DNA of 64,000 nt, taken from the NCBI GenBank assembly GCA_965153455.1, contig OZ234493.1, positions 29,254,213 to 29,318,212 of the forward strand, in the 5' to 3' direction. Source of the DNA: Sphagnum compactum (taxonomy: Eukaryota). The translations under genes and the position numbers were made by a program. Below are positions 1 to 12,600 of this stretch, piece by piece (position 1 is the first letter of the stretch; each line of letters starts with the position of its first letter). The notes below the pieces were generated by a model. That model made no database searches. It had not been told where the DNA came from and worked only from the letters and a program-made list of their open reading frames with translations.

Positions 1-175
1 GTAAGTGTATTTGACAAATATTTACATTTGTCTTGTGTAAGTGTAGAAAATTATATACATGCCAGCAATGTAAGTGTAAAAAGTTTGAACATCTCAGTGT
101 AAACGATTTACACTTACATGAGATATATATATATATATATATATCACTATTGACACTTACATGCACAGCACTGAT
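1..175. repeat. Dispersed repeat fragment containing a (TA)n tract; related copy at ~17215-17375
   Basis: Shared blocks such as 'atttgacaaatatttaca' and 'ctattg[a/g]cacttaca' occur at both loci. Confidence 0.6.
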
Positions 176-376
176 GGTTACTATCTACCCAAATAATTAA
201 GTAAAGCACTTGGGTGACCACACGGTGAATATATGTGTGTGGATGTTTAATACATAACTAACCACTGTGGTTAGGAATGAAAACACAATGGAAAAATGTA
301 TTTCCTACGGAGACAGCATCCATCCTGCATGGTGCACCATAGGGGCTGATTCATTCTGGTCATGAGATATGGCTTA

Positions 377-593
377 ATGGTGCATTCACACTTGATGTTA
401 AGTCTGTGTTACATGAAAATCTAGGTGGCATCCTAGATGGCATGCAATGTTAAATGGGTGATAGCTCAATGTTAAGTGAACTTTAGCTTAACATAAAATC
501 TTCATGGTATGTGGGTTTAAGTTGTATATGACTAACATGATGATGTTAAGGGACTCAACACTAAAATCCCTAACACCAAGCGTGAACACACTT
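377..593. mobile_element. MITE (~215 bp), probably PIF/Harbinger-like
   Basis: Imperfect TIRs: left ggtgcattcacacttgatgtta, right (rc) gtgtgttcacgcttggtgtta. Flanked by TTA/TAA-type triplets. Non-coding. Confidence 0.55.
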
Positions 594-679
594 TTATTCA
601 ACAGGAATAAAATTATGTGTCACGCGTGTTACAAGGTAAACCTTATTATGTTGTTGTGTGTCAATACCCAAGGACTTGT

Positions 680-990
680 ATTATTTTTGGGAAAATTATT
701 TTTTGGCATGTTTTGGAACCTGAATAATATGATTTTAAGGCATGCAAAGGATTTTTTGGTGAAGAAAATGGCCCTAATTTGTCAGATTTTGAAAAAAAAT
801 AAATTTTGAGTCACCAGATTTCTACAACAGGTTCTAGTAGCAGGTAGACCAATTTTTTTTGAAAAGGATTCTTAAATTTTTTTATTTTCATATCTGGTCT
901 ATAGCCAAATATCTGGGCTAAATCATCTGGTGGATGATTGCCAGTTTGGCTACATCAGAAAATTAATTTAAAAAAAAAAAAAACCCTGCC
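680..990. repeat. Member of an abundant dispersed MITE-like repeat family; similar fragments at ~13750-14060, 22460-22650, 22870-23210, 26470-26680, 27100-27620 and 33860-34050
   Basis: Recurrent motifs resembling 'ccagattt...ca..ag(g)ttc.agtaggtagcc', 'tagccaaat.tggctaaatc.tct...ggatgat.gcca.tttggcta' and poly-A/poly-T ends. Confidence 0.6.
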
Positions 991-1389
991 AAGGAGGGTG
1001 AAGGGATGACAATGGATTTATTCATATCCTGCTACCAGAGGGCTATTAATACCCCAACTGACTATACAGTGAAAATGTGATTCCCACTCAACCATAGATT
1101 GCTGTATTTATAGAAGTAAAATTTGGGTACTCAAAATACAAATGCTGTTACTGAAACTTGAAGTTTGCAACTTAGAGTTTGCAAGGCTAGAGAATTTATT
1201 GGAAACCCAAGTTGATGTAAGTTATTAGGTCAGCAATTGTTGGTGGTGGTTGTCAAATGGTGTGATCTGCAACAACAACTCCTTGCCAAATAGCAATCTG
1301 CCAGACAATTGCGGCAAGTTAATAGTTTCATACCCATTCCTCTGGATCTGTTCAGTTGTGTAATATAGACAGACATTGCCAGGAGAGAG

Positions 1390-2106
1390 TTGTGGCCTTT
1401 GTCTAAGATTCAAGTTACAATGGACTGATTACATTGCAACTGTAAGTTTCACAATGGATCTCTTCACAAACAAAATTTTACCTTTCACAGAAAACTTATG
1501 CAGAAGGTATGGAGTAGTGCAGAACCGATTAATCAATACAAAATAATCATATACCCAAAACCCATCTGAGTTTTCTTACACCCAAGTTGGTTAAAAGATT
1601 TGAACAAATGTACAGAAGAAAACAAGTGTGCCCTTTGTCTAAAATTTAAGTTACAATGGATTACATCATTGAACTGTAAGTTTCACAATGGATCTCTTCC
1701 TTCACAAACAAAATTTATCCTTTCACAGAAAACATATGCAGGAGGTATGGAGTAGTGCAGCACCAATTAATCAATACAAAATCATCATATACCCTAAACC
1801 CATCTGAGAGTTATTACACCCAAGTTGTTAAAAACTTTGAGCAAATGTAACAGAAGAAAATGAGTGCGCCGTTTGTCTAAGATTTAAGTTACAATGGATT
1901 ACACTGAACTGTGTAAGTTTCACAATGGATCTCTTCCTTCACAAACAAAATTTATCCTTTCATCACAGAAAACATACCTTATGCAAAAGCTATGGAGTAG
2001 TGCAGAACAAATTAATCATATACAAATTAATCATATACCCAAAACCCATCTGAGAATTCTTACAACCCAAGTAGTTAAAAACTTTGAACAAATGTAACAG
2101 CAGAAA
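1390..2106. repeat. Tandem repeat, ~235-bp unit x3
   Basis: 'tttgtctaa.att.aagttacaatgga' recurs at ~1398, ~1634 and ~1872, followed by shared downstream blocks. Confidence 0.9.
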
Positions 2107-3130
2107 GTCGAGTTATGCAATCATGAACTGATTGTTGGATCTGGTTGTAGAAAAAGCCAATAACTTTGCAATGATTTTGAAAAATAAAATAAAATTATGT
2201 CAGGTATTTTCTGGAAAACATTATAATATTTTTTTAATTGTTATTTTTTGATGTAAACAAAAGTTTTTTTTTGTGAGTGAAATAAGTTCTAAGTATTATT
2301 TCTATGCAGTGACTCTAGAGTTTCATCTTTTGCATTTTGAGGTGTGTGACTTTGTTAGTTTCAATAGTGTTGGACACCAATCTATCTAGTAATACACAAC
2401 ATTTAGCATTCCATGGGTGGTCTGAATTAGATGGCTTTTAAAATTTTTAAAAAAATGACCATGGTTTGGATCTGTTTGGACCTTCATGAAAATGCCCTTG
2501 AAAAGTTTCATTATTAACACAAAAGCAATAAGTTTTAATCTGACATTGTGTTGAAGTGTCTGAACTTGATTGAGAGGCACTGGGGCAACAGGACATGCAC
2601 CAGAACACCTTAAGGGGAGGGGGGGGCTGTGCATCATTACCAGGTATGATGCAACAAAACCTACTTACTACTACTCAGGAACTGGGAACTGAACTGGAAC
2701 ATAAATGACACAACTATTGCTTCAATACCAATCCTCACTCATTCAATGAAACATGACATTTGTGCATCCTACATATATACTACATACATTTGCTTCTTGT
2801 TTACCCAAAACTAAAAAGTTCCAGCCTAACTACTTTAGCCTCAGTCCTTGCAAATACAATACCTATGCTCTTTTTAGTTTTTACAATGCACATTTGTTTG
2901 GCAAATCCTACAGAACTGTAAACGGTGGTGTGGGTGGACACAAAAATTCTTCACTTGGCTTCTTCTGTCCCATAGATAACCATGCTGGTTAGTATAGTTC
3001 TAGGTTTCAGTGTTTTACTTACCTTTTACTTATTTTCTTAAAAAATCATTTATACTGTAAAATAAAGAAAGTTCACCAAGGCCTATACCTTTCTTTTAAT
3101 CACCTCCTTTGCCACTTACCTGGCCAGAGT

Positions 3131-4939
3131 AACCAGCACCCACCAGTGCACCAGTTGGTTGTTCTGTCCATAGGATGGGCCGTGTTTCTTCATCTGGTTA
3201 TTTTATGACCTTTATGCAAATATTTCACTTTGAACTTTATATTTTTGAAATTCTTTTAATGCAATAATGCAACATTGCAATATGTTTCAAACTTGTATTT
3301 TTAACGAAAATTTCAACAAAGTATTATTACAATGTTCACATTCAAAGCATGTAAACATAATACAAACATGAGGTTATAATTGCAATAAGACAAAACTTTT
3401 ATGTATTGATGCAAATATCACATATATTAAAACTTTTTAAAAAGTCCAAAAAATGGAAAACATGAATTCCATGCCATTGTTTATGCCAAAGAGACACCTC
3501 AGTAAGATATACATGCTACTTTCTAACCTCAAAAGATCCCATTCTAAAACTACTTTCATTAGCCACCATGTCATGTGTTCATCAATAAGGTCTTGTTGTT
3601 GTAACCACCTTAATATCATGTTGACGAGTGTAAAGTTGATAGTGATACAATTGGAGTTGATTGGCATTGGTTTCAAATTGAAATTTCATAATTATTCACA
3701 ATTTACATCAATCAAATGATACACATTAATATACAAGTTTGAAAAATGTAAACCAAACCCAAAAACAATTACATGGGTATGAACATATATTGTCCATTGA
3801 ACTTCAAAAAAAAATTTAAAATTGAACATAGGAAATAAAGGAAATAGAAAAACAAACTTCATCTTTTGGAATTTTAAAGATTAGAAAAAATGGAAAATAG
3901 GGAAGAAAAATAAAATTAGGACAAACATAAGAAAAAAACAAAAAAATTAATTCTATTAACAAAAAAAAGAAAAAAATTGGAAAAATAGGGCAAAAAACCC
4001 AAAAAAATCTTTTTATTTTCAAGAAAACAAAAAAAAGGAAAACAAAGCAATTTAAAGGAAATGAACACTATAATTTTTCTTCTGGAATTTAATAAAGCAA
4101 GAAAAAAATCTTCAAGAAAAATAGAAAAAAAAAAACTTCTTCTGGAATTTAGAAAATAGAATAACTAGAATTTTTTTTAAAAAAAATTAAAAAAAAATTG
4201 TGTTCCTCTAATGTCTTTTCTTTTCATCTTTTGTCTTTTATTAAATTTTCATTTCCTTTTGTTTTATTCTTCAATTTTCTCTTTGTTTTCTTACTTTTTC
4301 TTTTCGCTTGTGCTCTAGTTTCACAAACCAAAACAAAAAAAAGACAAGGAAAAGGGTAGAAGCATACTTGGCATGATGTGCAAAACTAATGATGATGCAA
4401 CAAGCAATGACAATAGGTGCAACGATGTGATGAAAAAAATGCTTGAAAAAAGAGAAGAAAAGAAAAGAAAATGAAGAAGTCATAACAATAGAGGAGAAGA
4501 AAGAAAGAAAAGATGAAAAAAAACTAAAATAACAACAAAAAAGAAAGAAAAAAATAATAAGAAGAAGAATCCATAGCAACAATAAAAAGAAGAAAAATAA
4601 AATAATAACAATGAAAAAAAGAAAAAAATGATGAAGAAAAGCTACAACAACAAAGGAAGAGAACAAAAACAAAAAAAAAGAACAAAAGAGAAGAAGAAAA
4701 AGGAAGAAGACTAAGGTGGAAGAGAAGAAGAAGAAAGAAAGAACAAAAGAGCCGAAGAAATAGGAAAAGAGAAAAAGAAAGATGGGAACTTTTGAAATCT
4801 AAGGGAAGGGTGAGCCAATGGGGAACAAAAAAGAAAAACCCGATCTCAATGTTTGGTCTGGTTTAGGTTAAATAGTTTGGGTTCATCCCAAAATGGCCAA
4901 AATAACCTCATTCACAGCTGGTGCATTGGGGTGCTGGGT
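3131..4939. mobile_element. Non-autonomous TIR element (~1.8 kb) with a purine-rich low-complexity core (~3800-4790)
   Basis: Left end accagcacccaccagtgcaccagttg; right end (rc) acccagcaccccaatgcaccagctg. Same TIR motif as the element at 7628-8167. Confidence 0.55.
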
Positions 4940-5046
4940 CATAGCAAGCCATGATTTGGCTAAAATGAGCTCAAGTTTTGTGAAATTTTGCATTGGAAAT
5001 CAAATGCATATATGGACCTTTGTGAAGTGGGATTTCAAACAAAATA

Positions 5047-5104
5047 CATGGTAAGTAAAGCCCTTGGCCATGGGCTTTAAGCCCATAGCCAAGGGTTTAC
5101 CATG
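5047..5104. repeat. Near-perfect palindrome/hairpin (~58 bp)
   Basis: gtaaagcccttggccatgggctt pairs with aagcccatagccaagggtttac, with outer catg/catg pairing. Confidence 0.85.
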
Positions 5105-5295
5105 CTTAAAGACATTGTTGAAATTTTATTAATTTTTTTTTTTCCCCTGTGACAATTGACCGATATCATGAGAAAAATGAAAATAAAATACAGGTGGGTG
5201 TTTTGAAATGCTTGCTCTTCATGGAGGAAAACTTATGCATGATAATGTGCCCTCCATCTACACTCCAAAATTTCATCAAGGTCTCTATGAAAAAG

Positions 5296-5312
5296 TTTAG
5301 GGTTTAGGGTTT
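5296..5312 (+). repeat. Interstitial telomeric repeat / telo-box (TTTAGGG)2
   Basis: tttagggtttagggttt; similar runs at 24427-24455 (opposite strand) and 33746-33761. Confidence 0.7.
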
Positions 5313-6295
5313 GTGCTACTCATATAAAATCTGTGGATTTTCAATGGTGGAATGAATGCAGCCATTATTTTGGGTGCCATATTTTCACACAAAAATGCAA
5401 AATAAAAAAGACATATAGTCCACTGCATATTCTCTCTTTTTGGGAGGAGGAAAAATTGTCAAAATTTGAGATTTTTTGGGGAAAAATATATATTCATCAC
5501 ATTTCTAATTGGGTTTTAGAGGGGGTTTGTGAGGGCGGGCATTTTTTGTACTAGCTTTTTAACTTTGGGAATAGGTTGTAGAAACTAATCACCATTTTAT
5601 GCTACATCCCTTGAAGCGGAATGCTCAAGTATGAGACAAGATTAGAAATTTGAAAGAAAAGCACTGGTGAAATCTAGTGTTCAGTGAGCTCGACTTGGAG
5701 TTGCCAATGCAATGGTTTGTCATGTTGGGTCTACTGTTGTGTTTCAAGAAAATAAAATAATATTAATATTAATATTAATAATATTAATAAGTGGTGAATT
5801 TTTTTTCAAAAATTTTGGATTTTTCATGTATAAGAAACAGGGAATAATTATTGTTACAGAAATTGATATTATTTTTCACATGTGTGCAAAATTTTGCACC
5901 AGAAAAAAGGGCTGGTTGATTCAGCTGAAGCTTTTCTCAATCTTTTCCTCAATGGCTTTTGTACCTAATTCAACATAGAATTCTAACAGATCTTGAGTAA
6001 AGGAAATAGGCTTCAAAAGTTGACAAAATCTCCCAAAAGTTCTGAAAATTGGCTGATAAAGTTGCTGTTTGTTTTGAAGTTGATGCATATACTCCGACCA
6101 ACTGGGGGCACTATCAGGTTTAGGGTTTTTGCAATGGTTTGGCTCAGTCTACTTTCCTTAAGTATAAACAATGTCATGGAAATTTGTGATCCTAAGACTG
6201 CATCTTTTGTTTTGGCACAACACTCTGAAAAGCAAAAAAAAAATCATTTTATTCTAAATATCTTTTATCAACACAAAGCGTAAAACTTAAGAAAA

Positions 6296-6542
6296 TTTCA
6301 AAGTTCACAGTTTCATATCTCAAAGCTTGCAACCATTGCAACAAAAGGTGTCCCTATACGTCAAGTGTTTTCACTGGATTTTGAGTGAATTCAGTTGTCT
6401 CATTGAACAGGCTTTAACTTTTCAAAGTTCACAACTTTGTATTTCAAAGCTTGCAAATCATTGCAACAAAAGGTGTCTTTATATGTCAAATGCTTTTTCA
6501 CTGGATTTTGAGTGAATTCATTCATCCCATTGAAAGAGGCTT
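6296..6542. repeat. Tandem duplication, ~124 bp x2
   Basis: 'tttcaaagttcaca...caaagcttgcaa.cattgcaacaaaaggtgtc...ttcactggattttgagtgaattca' present twice. Confidence 0.9.
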
Positions 6543-7627
6543 AGTGAAAAAACAATGAATTCATTAATCCATCAAACGAGGACTAACGAATTACACCCCC
6601 ACAAGCTTTTTTGACTTGGCTTTTCAACATTCTTCCATATCACATAGAAAGATGCAGGCAACTCCAGCTATGGACTCTAGTTGAGGTGGTATCAATATTT
6701 ATTCCATCTGAATTTAGTGTTAATGTTTGCTCCTCACTCCTCCATTGCAATAAATAGTGGATAGTATATACATTGAGAGAGCATACACATGTCACAAGTG
6801 GGCCAATAATTATGATTGGTCAATTAATTTGTAATTAAGGTGTGGCCAATCACTTGTGCCAACCAGACCGAAAACACTCATTTTCTTTTTGCCCATCTTT
6901 TGAAACTCTCCTCGGGCACAAGTTTACTAGAGTAAACCCGAGGTTAGACCCATCTTCACACCACCGTGACATTTAACCGATCCAAACAAAGTTCGATGTT
7001 AAAATGCCCCATTTTACTGTTATCATCAGTGGAGATGCTCTAACACTGAAAAAAAAATTACCCCAATAAACGAATGTAGAACTTTTGGAAAAAGGTCTTC
7101 ACATTTTCACAAAGCACAACAATTTGAAACATAATTTTCAAGGTTAAATTTTAGCCTTGAAGAAGCCTCACTCAAGATGGTGAAAGCTACAAGTGTAGGT
7201 GTTGGTTCACCCTCATTGGGGGCTCACCCATCAGCAAAGGCCTCTTACTCACTATATTTCAACCCATGAAACCTTACATTTGACCCTCAGAGAGACCCTC
7301 TCCTTTAGTGTAAGGATGGGGAACCTACCTTCTCGGTTGCCCTCAAAATTTAGGGTTTTTAACCATGGTTAACCAGCACCTACACTGATATGGTAAAAGC
7401 TCAAAGCTTTTTCGGGTTGCTTCCAATTATTATACGTGTCCTTTTAGAAGACTAAATTACCAGTCTCGGACTCTATATACCCGACCGACACTCTCGTTAC
7501 AAGCAGACCCCCCAAATTTTGGGGGTTTCTAGTTTCTACCATGGTAGTAGTAGTACCAGTGTGGTGGGTGTGGTTCAGGGTGTGGCCTAAGCAAGGAATA
7601 CTCATGATCCTTCTCTCGGGCCACCAC

Positions 7628-8167
7628 TGAACCAGCACCCACCAGCGCACCATCCACTGGATGTCCGTTATTACTCAGTTGTGGATGAACCTCAACTGAG
7701 TTAATTAATATTTAGTTTCATCTTGGTAACAAATTCTGTAGGAAAAAGGTCTCATATATTTATAGGCAGATAGGTAGGAAAATAGACAACTTCTAGGTAA
7801 GTAAATGGTTTATACATAGCTAAGGACTGTTTTTATTACCTACCTACTAACAACTTACTTGTGGGTTGTTAGTAGGTAGGTAAACAAAAAAAGTAACTGA
7901 GCTAACCACCATGGTTAGCTAGGGAACTGGCTACTAATAACCTGCTTGTGGGTTGTTAGTAGGTAGGTTTTTAAAAAAAAAAGTAACTGAGCTAACCACC
8001 TTGGTTAGCTAGGGAACTGGCTACTAACAACCTGCTTGTGGGTTGTTAGTAGGTAGGTTAAAAAAAAAGTAACTGAGCTAATCACCATGGTTAGCTAGGG
8101 AACTGGAACCCAACAGAAAACTGTTACCATTCATCTCCTTCATGGTGTGTTAGTGGGTGCTGGTTCA
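7628..8167. mobile_element. MITE-like TIR element (~540 bp) carrying an internal tandem array of hairpins
   Basis: Left tgaaccagcacccaccagcgcac; right (rc) tgaaccagcacccactaacacac. No clear direct TSD. Confidence 0.65.
7836..8106. repeat. Tandem repeat, ~88-bp unit x3, each unit with two hairpins
   Basis: Units start at ~7843, 7931 and 8021. Stems are ctactaacaac/gttgttagtag and agctaacca/tggttagct. Confidence 0.9.
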
Positions 8168-8789
8168 TTTGTGGCCCTTCTCTCCCACCCAGGCACAAGA
8201 TGTCTTCTTGAAAGATATAATGGAAGTTGGGATGGGACATAGTGAAAAGCCAAAAGGGCCAAGCCAAGCCAATGCTGCTGCAGATTCATTCCTTCCTGTC
8301 TTCAAGATGCTGCTGCTGAGCTGCAGATGATATGCAGAGCAAGCAGCTGATGATGATGGATTGAGTTTGTTTTTGTAGTACACAACTTACACAAAAGATC
8401 AATCAAATGATTGTTGACTCTGGCCCCCCATCAAAGACAAATTCCTTCCCCTCAAAGAGAGTGAGTCAATAACTGGCTAAGTTTGTGTTGTTGCTCCATT
8501 TGATTTCAGATTTGAATTATATCATCCAAAGAGGCTCCTTTTTTGATGTTGTTGTTAAATTGCATGATTCCAAATAACTTTTGAAATTCCATTCAAAGGA
8601 AAAGTGCTCTTTCAGCTGGCAGTTATTTGCCATCAAATAGTTTCTGTTCATCACACGGACTATGACAAAATAATATTATTACAATGCCGTATGCAATGAC
8701 AGCACTGTGGACATATCCCAAGTCTCCAGATTATGTGCAACTGACAAAGTCGGTCTTGTGGAGAGACCCCTTTCCTTACGTGATATGCC

Positions 8790-9660
8790 TCTTGTGACAT
8801 GAGGGGCTTTTGGAACTTGATGTTCCTCTTGTGGTTTGCCCTCTTAGGTGATTCATTTGTCTTCTTGGATGTGGGTCTTTTCATTTTGTTCCTTGTATTC
8901 CCCCTTATTTGGGTGCTTTGGTTTATTTATAAAGTGGCAGGGTTTCATCACCTTTCCTTATTTGATATGCTTCTTGCAACAGGAGAGGGTTTGGGAACTT
9001 GATGTTCCCTTTGTGGTTTGCCTTCTTAGGTGGTTCGTTTGTCTTCTTGGACGTGGGTCCTTTCATTTTGTTCCTTGTATTCCTCCTTTCTTGGGTGCTT
9101 TGGTTTATTTATAAGTGGCAGGGTTTCATCACTTTTCCTTATTTGATATGCTTCTTGCGACAGGAGAGGTTTTGGGAACTTGATGTTCCCTTTGTGGTTT
9201 GCCCTCTTAGGTGGTTCGTTTGTCTTCTTGGATGTGGGTCCTTTCATTTTGTTCCTTGTATTCTTCCTTTCTTGGGTGCTTTGGTTTATTTATAAGTGGT
9301 AGGGTTTCATAACCTTTCCTTATTTGATATGCTTCTTGCGACAGGAGAGGGTTTGGGAACTTGATGTTCCCCTTGTGGTTTGCCTTCTTAGGTGGTTCAT
9401 TTGTCTTCTTGGACGTGGGTCCTTTCATGTTGTTCCTTGTATTCCTCCTTTCTTGGGTGCTTTGGTTTATTTATAAGTGGCAGGGTTTCATCACCTTTCC
9501 TTATTTGATATGCTTCTTGCGACAGGAGAAGGTTCGGGAACTTGACGTTCCCCTTGTGGTTTGCCCTCTTAGGTGGTTCATTTGTCTTTTTGGAGGTGGG
9601 TCCTTCCATTTTGTTCCTCGTTTTCCCTTTGTTTGGGTGCTTTTGTTAATTTATGGTTGA
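8790..9660. repeat. Satellite-like tandem array, 181-bp unit x~4.8
   Basis: 'ggaacttga' recurs with 181-bp period at ~8812, 8994, 9175, 9356 and 9537. The overlapping ORFs shift frame with each unit. Confidence 0.95.
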
Positions 9661-12600
9661 CAATGTTTCATCAAGAGAAATGACAAGCTCCCTGCCCTTT
9701 TCCATTACCTTTGTGAGAAAGGAATACTGATTTAATACTTATAACGAAAAGCACTTGCAGAAATTTCCTTAAGTGTATTTGGATTGGAGGGCTCCTTACA
9801 TCGGTGAATATCCCTCCTACAAAAGAGGTCTACCCCTTAAGAATGGAAGGTATCTTACACCTACTTAAGAACTCACCTGCTACTACACCTCATGACCTAT
9901 CTATCTAAAGCTTCATTAACATTTCACCCTTGTGTTTTATCATGGGTAAAGCCCAATGAGGGGGCCATTGGCAGGGAGACACTAAAAATTCCTTAACAAG
10001 CTTAGTTTGGACCCTATTTACGGATCTATGCATAGTTCTACACACTGCATAGTTTGTATCCTCCAGGATCATCATTTGTCTTGCTTCTCAAGATTAAAAA
10101 AAGTTGTATGTATTTTCCTCACTAGGTTTGAACCCATGATTTTAAGAAATCAAGAATTAGTACATACCATCAGTTTAATTGTTGCTATTTACAACTACAA
10201 GATCCTTTACTGTGTTTTTCTAATTTTTTGTGGAATATTAGTCAAACCTTGTACATAATTTTGCCACACTAATGCCTAAACAATGCTTCTAATTAGTTGG
10301 CATTTGATGTATTCATCATTGGCTTGTCTACATGTTTACATTTTATGATTATTTTAGTTAGCCAAAAAGGAAAACATTGATTAATTAACCTAGTTATCCA
10401 TATAACAACTCCAACATCAAACACTTATGCTGCATCAAGAGCAAGCTTTGTATGGGCTGGAGTGGACCATCACCCATGTAGAATGGATGGTGTGTGGACA
10501 AGAAACACGTTTTAATTGTAGTTTTCTACCATTCATCATGAAGTACGATGGTTAGCTATGTATTAGACATCCACATGCATCTGATTAAAGTGGTTCCACA
10601 CATGCCAAATATTTGGGGGCCTCCAACAATAAATCTCACATCCAAGATGTTTGGTTTATTGTTCCCATGCCCCACCCACGAACACAAAATTGAGATTGTA
10701 AAACAACCGATTAATCATATGAACCAATTGACTATATGGAGCAATCAATCTAGCTAATCAATAGCATGTGTTAGACTATGAAGTGCCTTTTGCAGGCCAT
10801 TGCAACTTATGCACAAATGCTAGCCCAAAGTCATTTTCTTGCCTCAAATTGACATTATATATTTACTTCATTCAAATCTTGTTGTGTAATGTGGGGGTGG
10901 AACTACTTTTGCCTAGTAGCAACTAAGTGCCTTACTTACTTATATATCGACATAATAAGCACTTGCATTTCTATTATGTATGATACTTAAGCACATTCAC
11001 ACCTACTGCTAAGAATTTTAAAGAATGGTTACTTAACACCATCATGACCTTTTATGATTACCAAAGGGTGTTTGCATGCTATGGTGTACCCAAATGTCAT
11101 CAAAATTAAATGTAGAAAGACTACTAAAAGTATCACAACTTTAAATTCTTTACTTTGAAAGTTTTTAGAAATTACATTTAGTTGACTTAGGCCTTAAAAA
11201 TAAAATAAAATAACATAATTTTGAATATTAATTTTTTAATGTTTTTTTCTTTGAATAAATGTACACCAATTACATTATAAAGCTTTTAAAAATATCTTAT
11301 TTAACAACAATATGTCATTTTTTTATTAATTAAAAACATCTATTTTGTAGATAAATAAAAACAACACCTAAGGCATCTATATGTTCAATGAAAGATCATT
11401 TTATAACTTACAAACATCATAAACATCATCATCATTATAACACGATGTACCACTACAGGTTTATATCTAATTCAAATATGAACTTATAATTTGAAGTCAA
11501 TTGGAAAGAACTTTGATAGAAGGTCAATGTTTTTTTATCTACAAATTTTTATTAACAAATTCCAACTAAAAAAAATAATTCTTAGTTGTTTTGTTAAATC
11601 AATGATTTTGTGACTAGCAACTCCATGTTACAAATGTACTAAATAAAATTATTGCATCAATTCCACAACCTAATGATAGATTAAGATGTGAACCACATTT
11701 AATTACACATTTTGATTATTAAACCTTTTCCATTTATGTCCCCAAACTTTTTAACTTTTGTTTGTATTGAAAATTGCAAAAGTCCATTGTACCATGCAAA
11801 CACCCCAACATACTTAACAAGTATGTTTCAAAAGAACTTTTGGCAATCTTTGCACTTACAAGACTACATTTAGTTATGATGACCACATCTAGTGTTTGAA
11901 TCACACTAAGCACTTGCAATCATGCACTTGTAATTTTTATTTTAATTAAAAAATTTAGTATTATTATTATTGACATCTATTCCCTTGAAGCATGTATAGG
12001 TTTATCATCTTCTTGCTCACTCATTGTGGTTGTTTTTCTAATGTGCTATCTATTTTTTCTTTGCAATTTTGCATATGTTCTTTGTAGGCATTCTCCTTTT
12101 TCTACAAGGCATTTGTTCTATTTATAGCTTGTTTTATTCCTCCATGCAATTGCTTTCAAATTTGAAGATCCATGGTTGTGTCCTATTTGAAGTTTTTTCA
12201 ACATATCTCTTTTGTTACACTACAACCTACCATTGAAGGTTGCTTTCTTCAAAAAAATTCTTGTGCTTGATTAATTATGTGTATTGTTCAATTTTGTGCA
12301 TTGTCCCTAGTGCTAGTGGTTGTCACATTTGCTTTTTAAAAAACTCACCATCACATATGTTCTCAATTTTTTCTTTTTCATATTGAGGTCCACTCCTTGA
12401 AAACATACTATAACCACAAGTTAGGTTTGGTAGTCAAGTGCGGAAATAATTATTTTTCAGCACATTAATGATTTTGACATCCCATTTTTAGTTTCCTAAC
12501 AATTTGACAAGTTGCTTCTTCAATTCTTGAACATTAGTTTCTTGGTTTTATTGAGCTTTGGTTACACATTAGGTCTACCCACATGTCAAGCTTTGTGCTA

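Noticed and set aside
3816-4672. Phe/Leu-rich ORFs on the minus strand
   Set aside because: These are translations of A/G-rich low-complexity DNA.
7836-8106. CRISPR-like array of palindromic repeats
   Set aside because: The intervening sequences are also repeated, so there are no unique spacers. No cas genes are present and the context is eukaryotic.
8660-9660. Family of small hydrophobic membrane-protein ORFs
   Set aside because: Artefact of a 181-bp (non-triplet) T-rich tandem repeat; the ORFs change frame with each unit.
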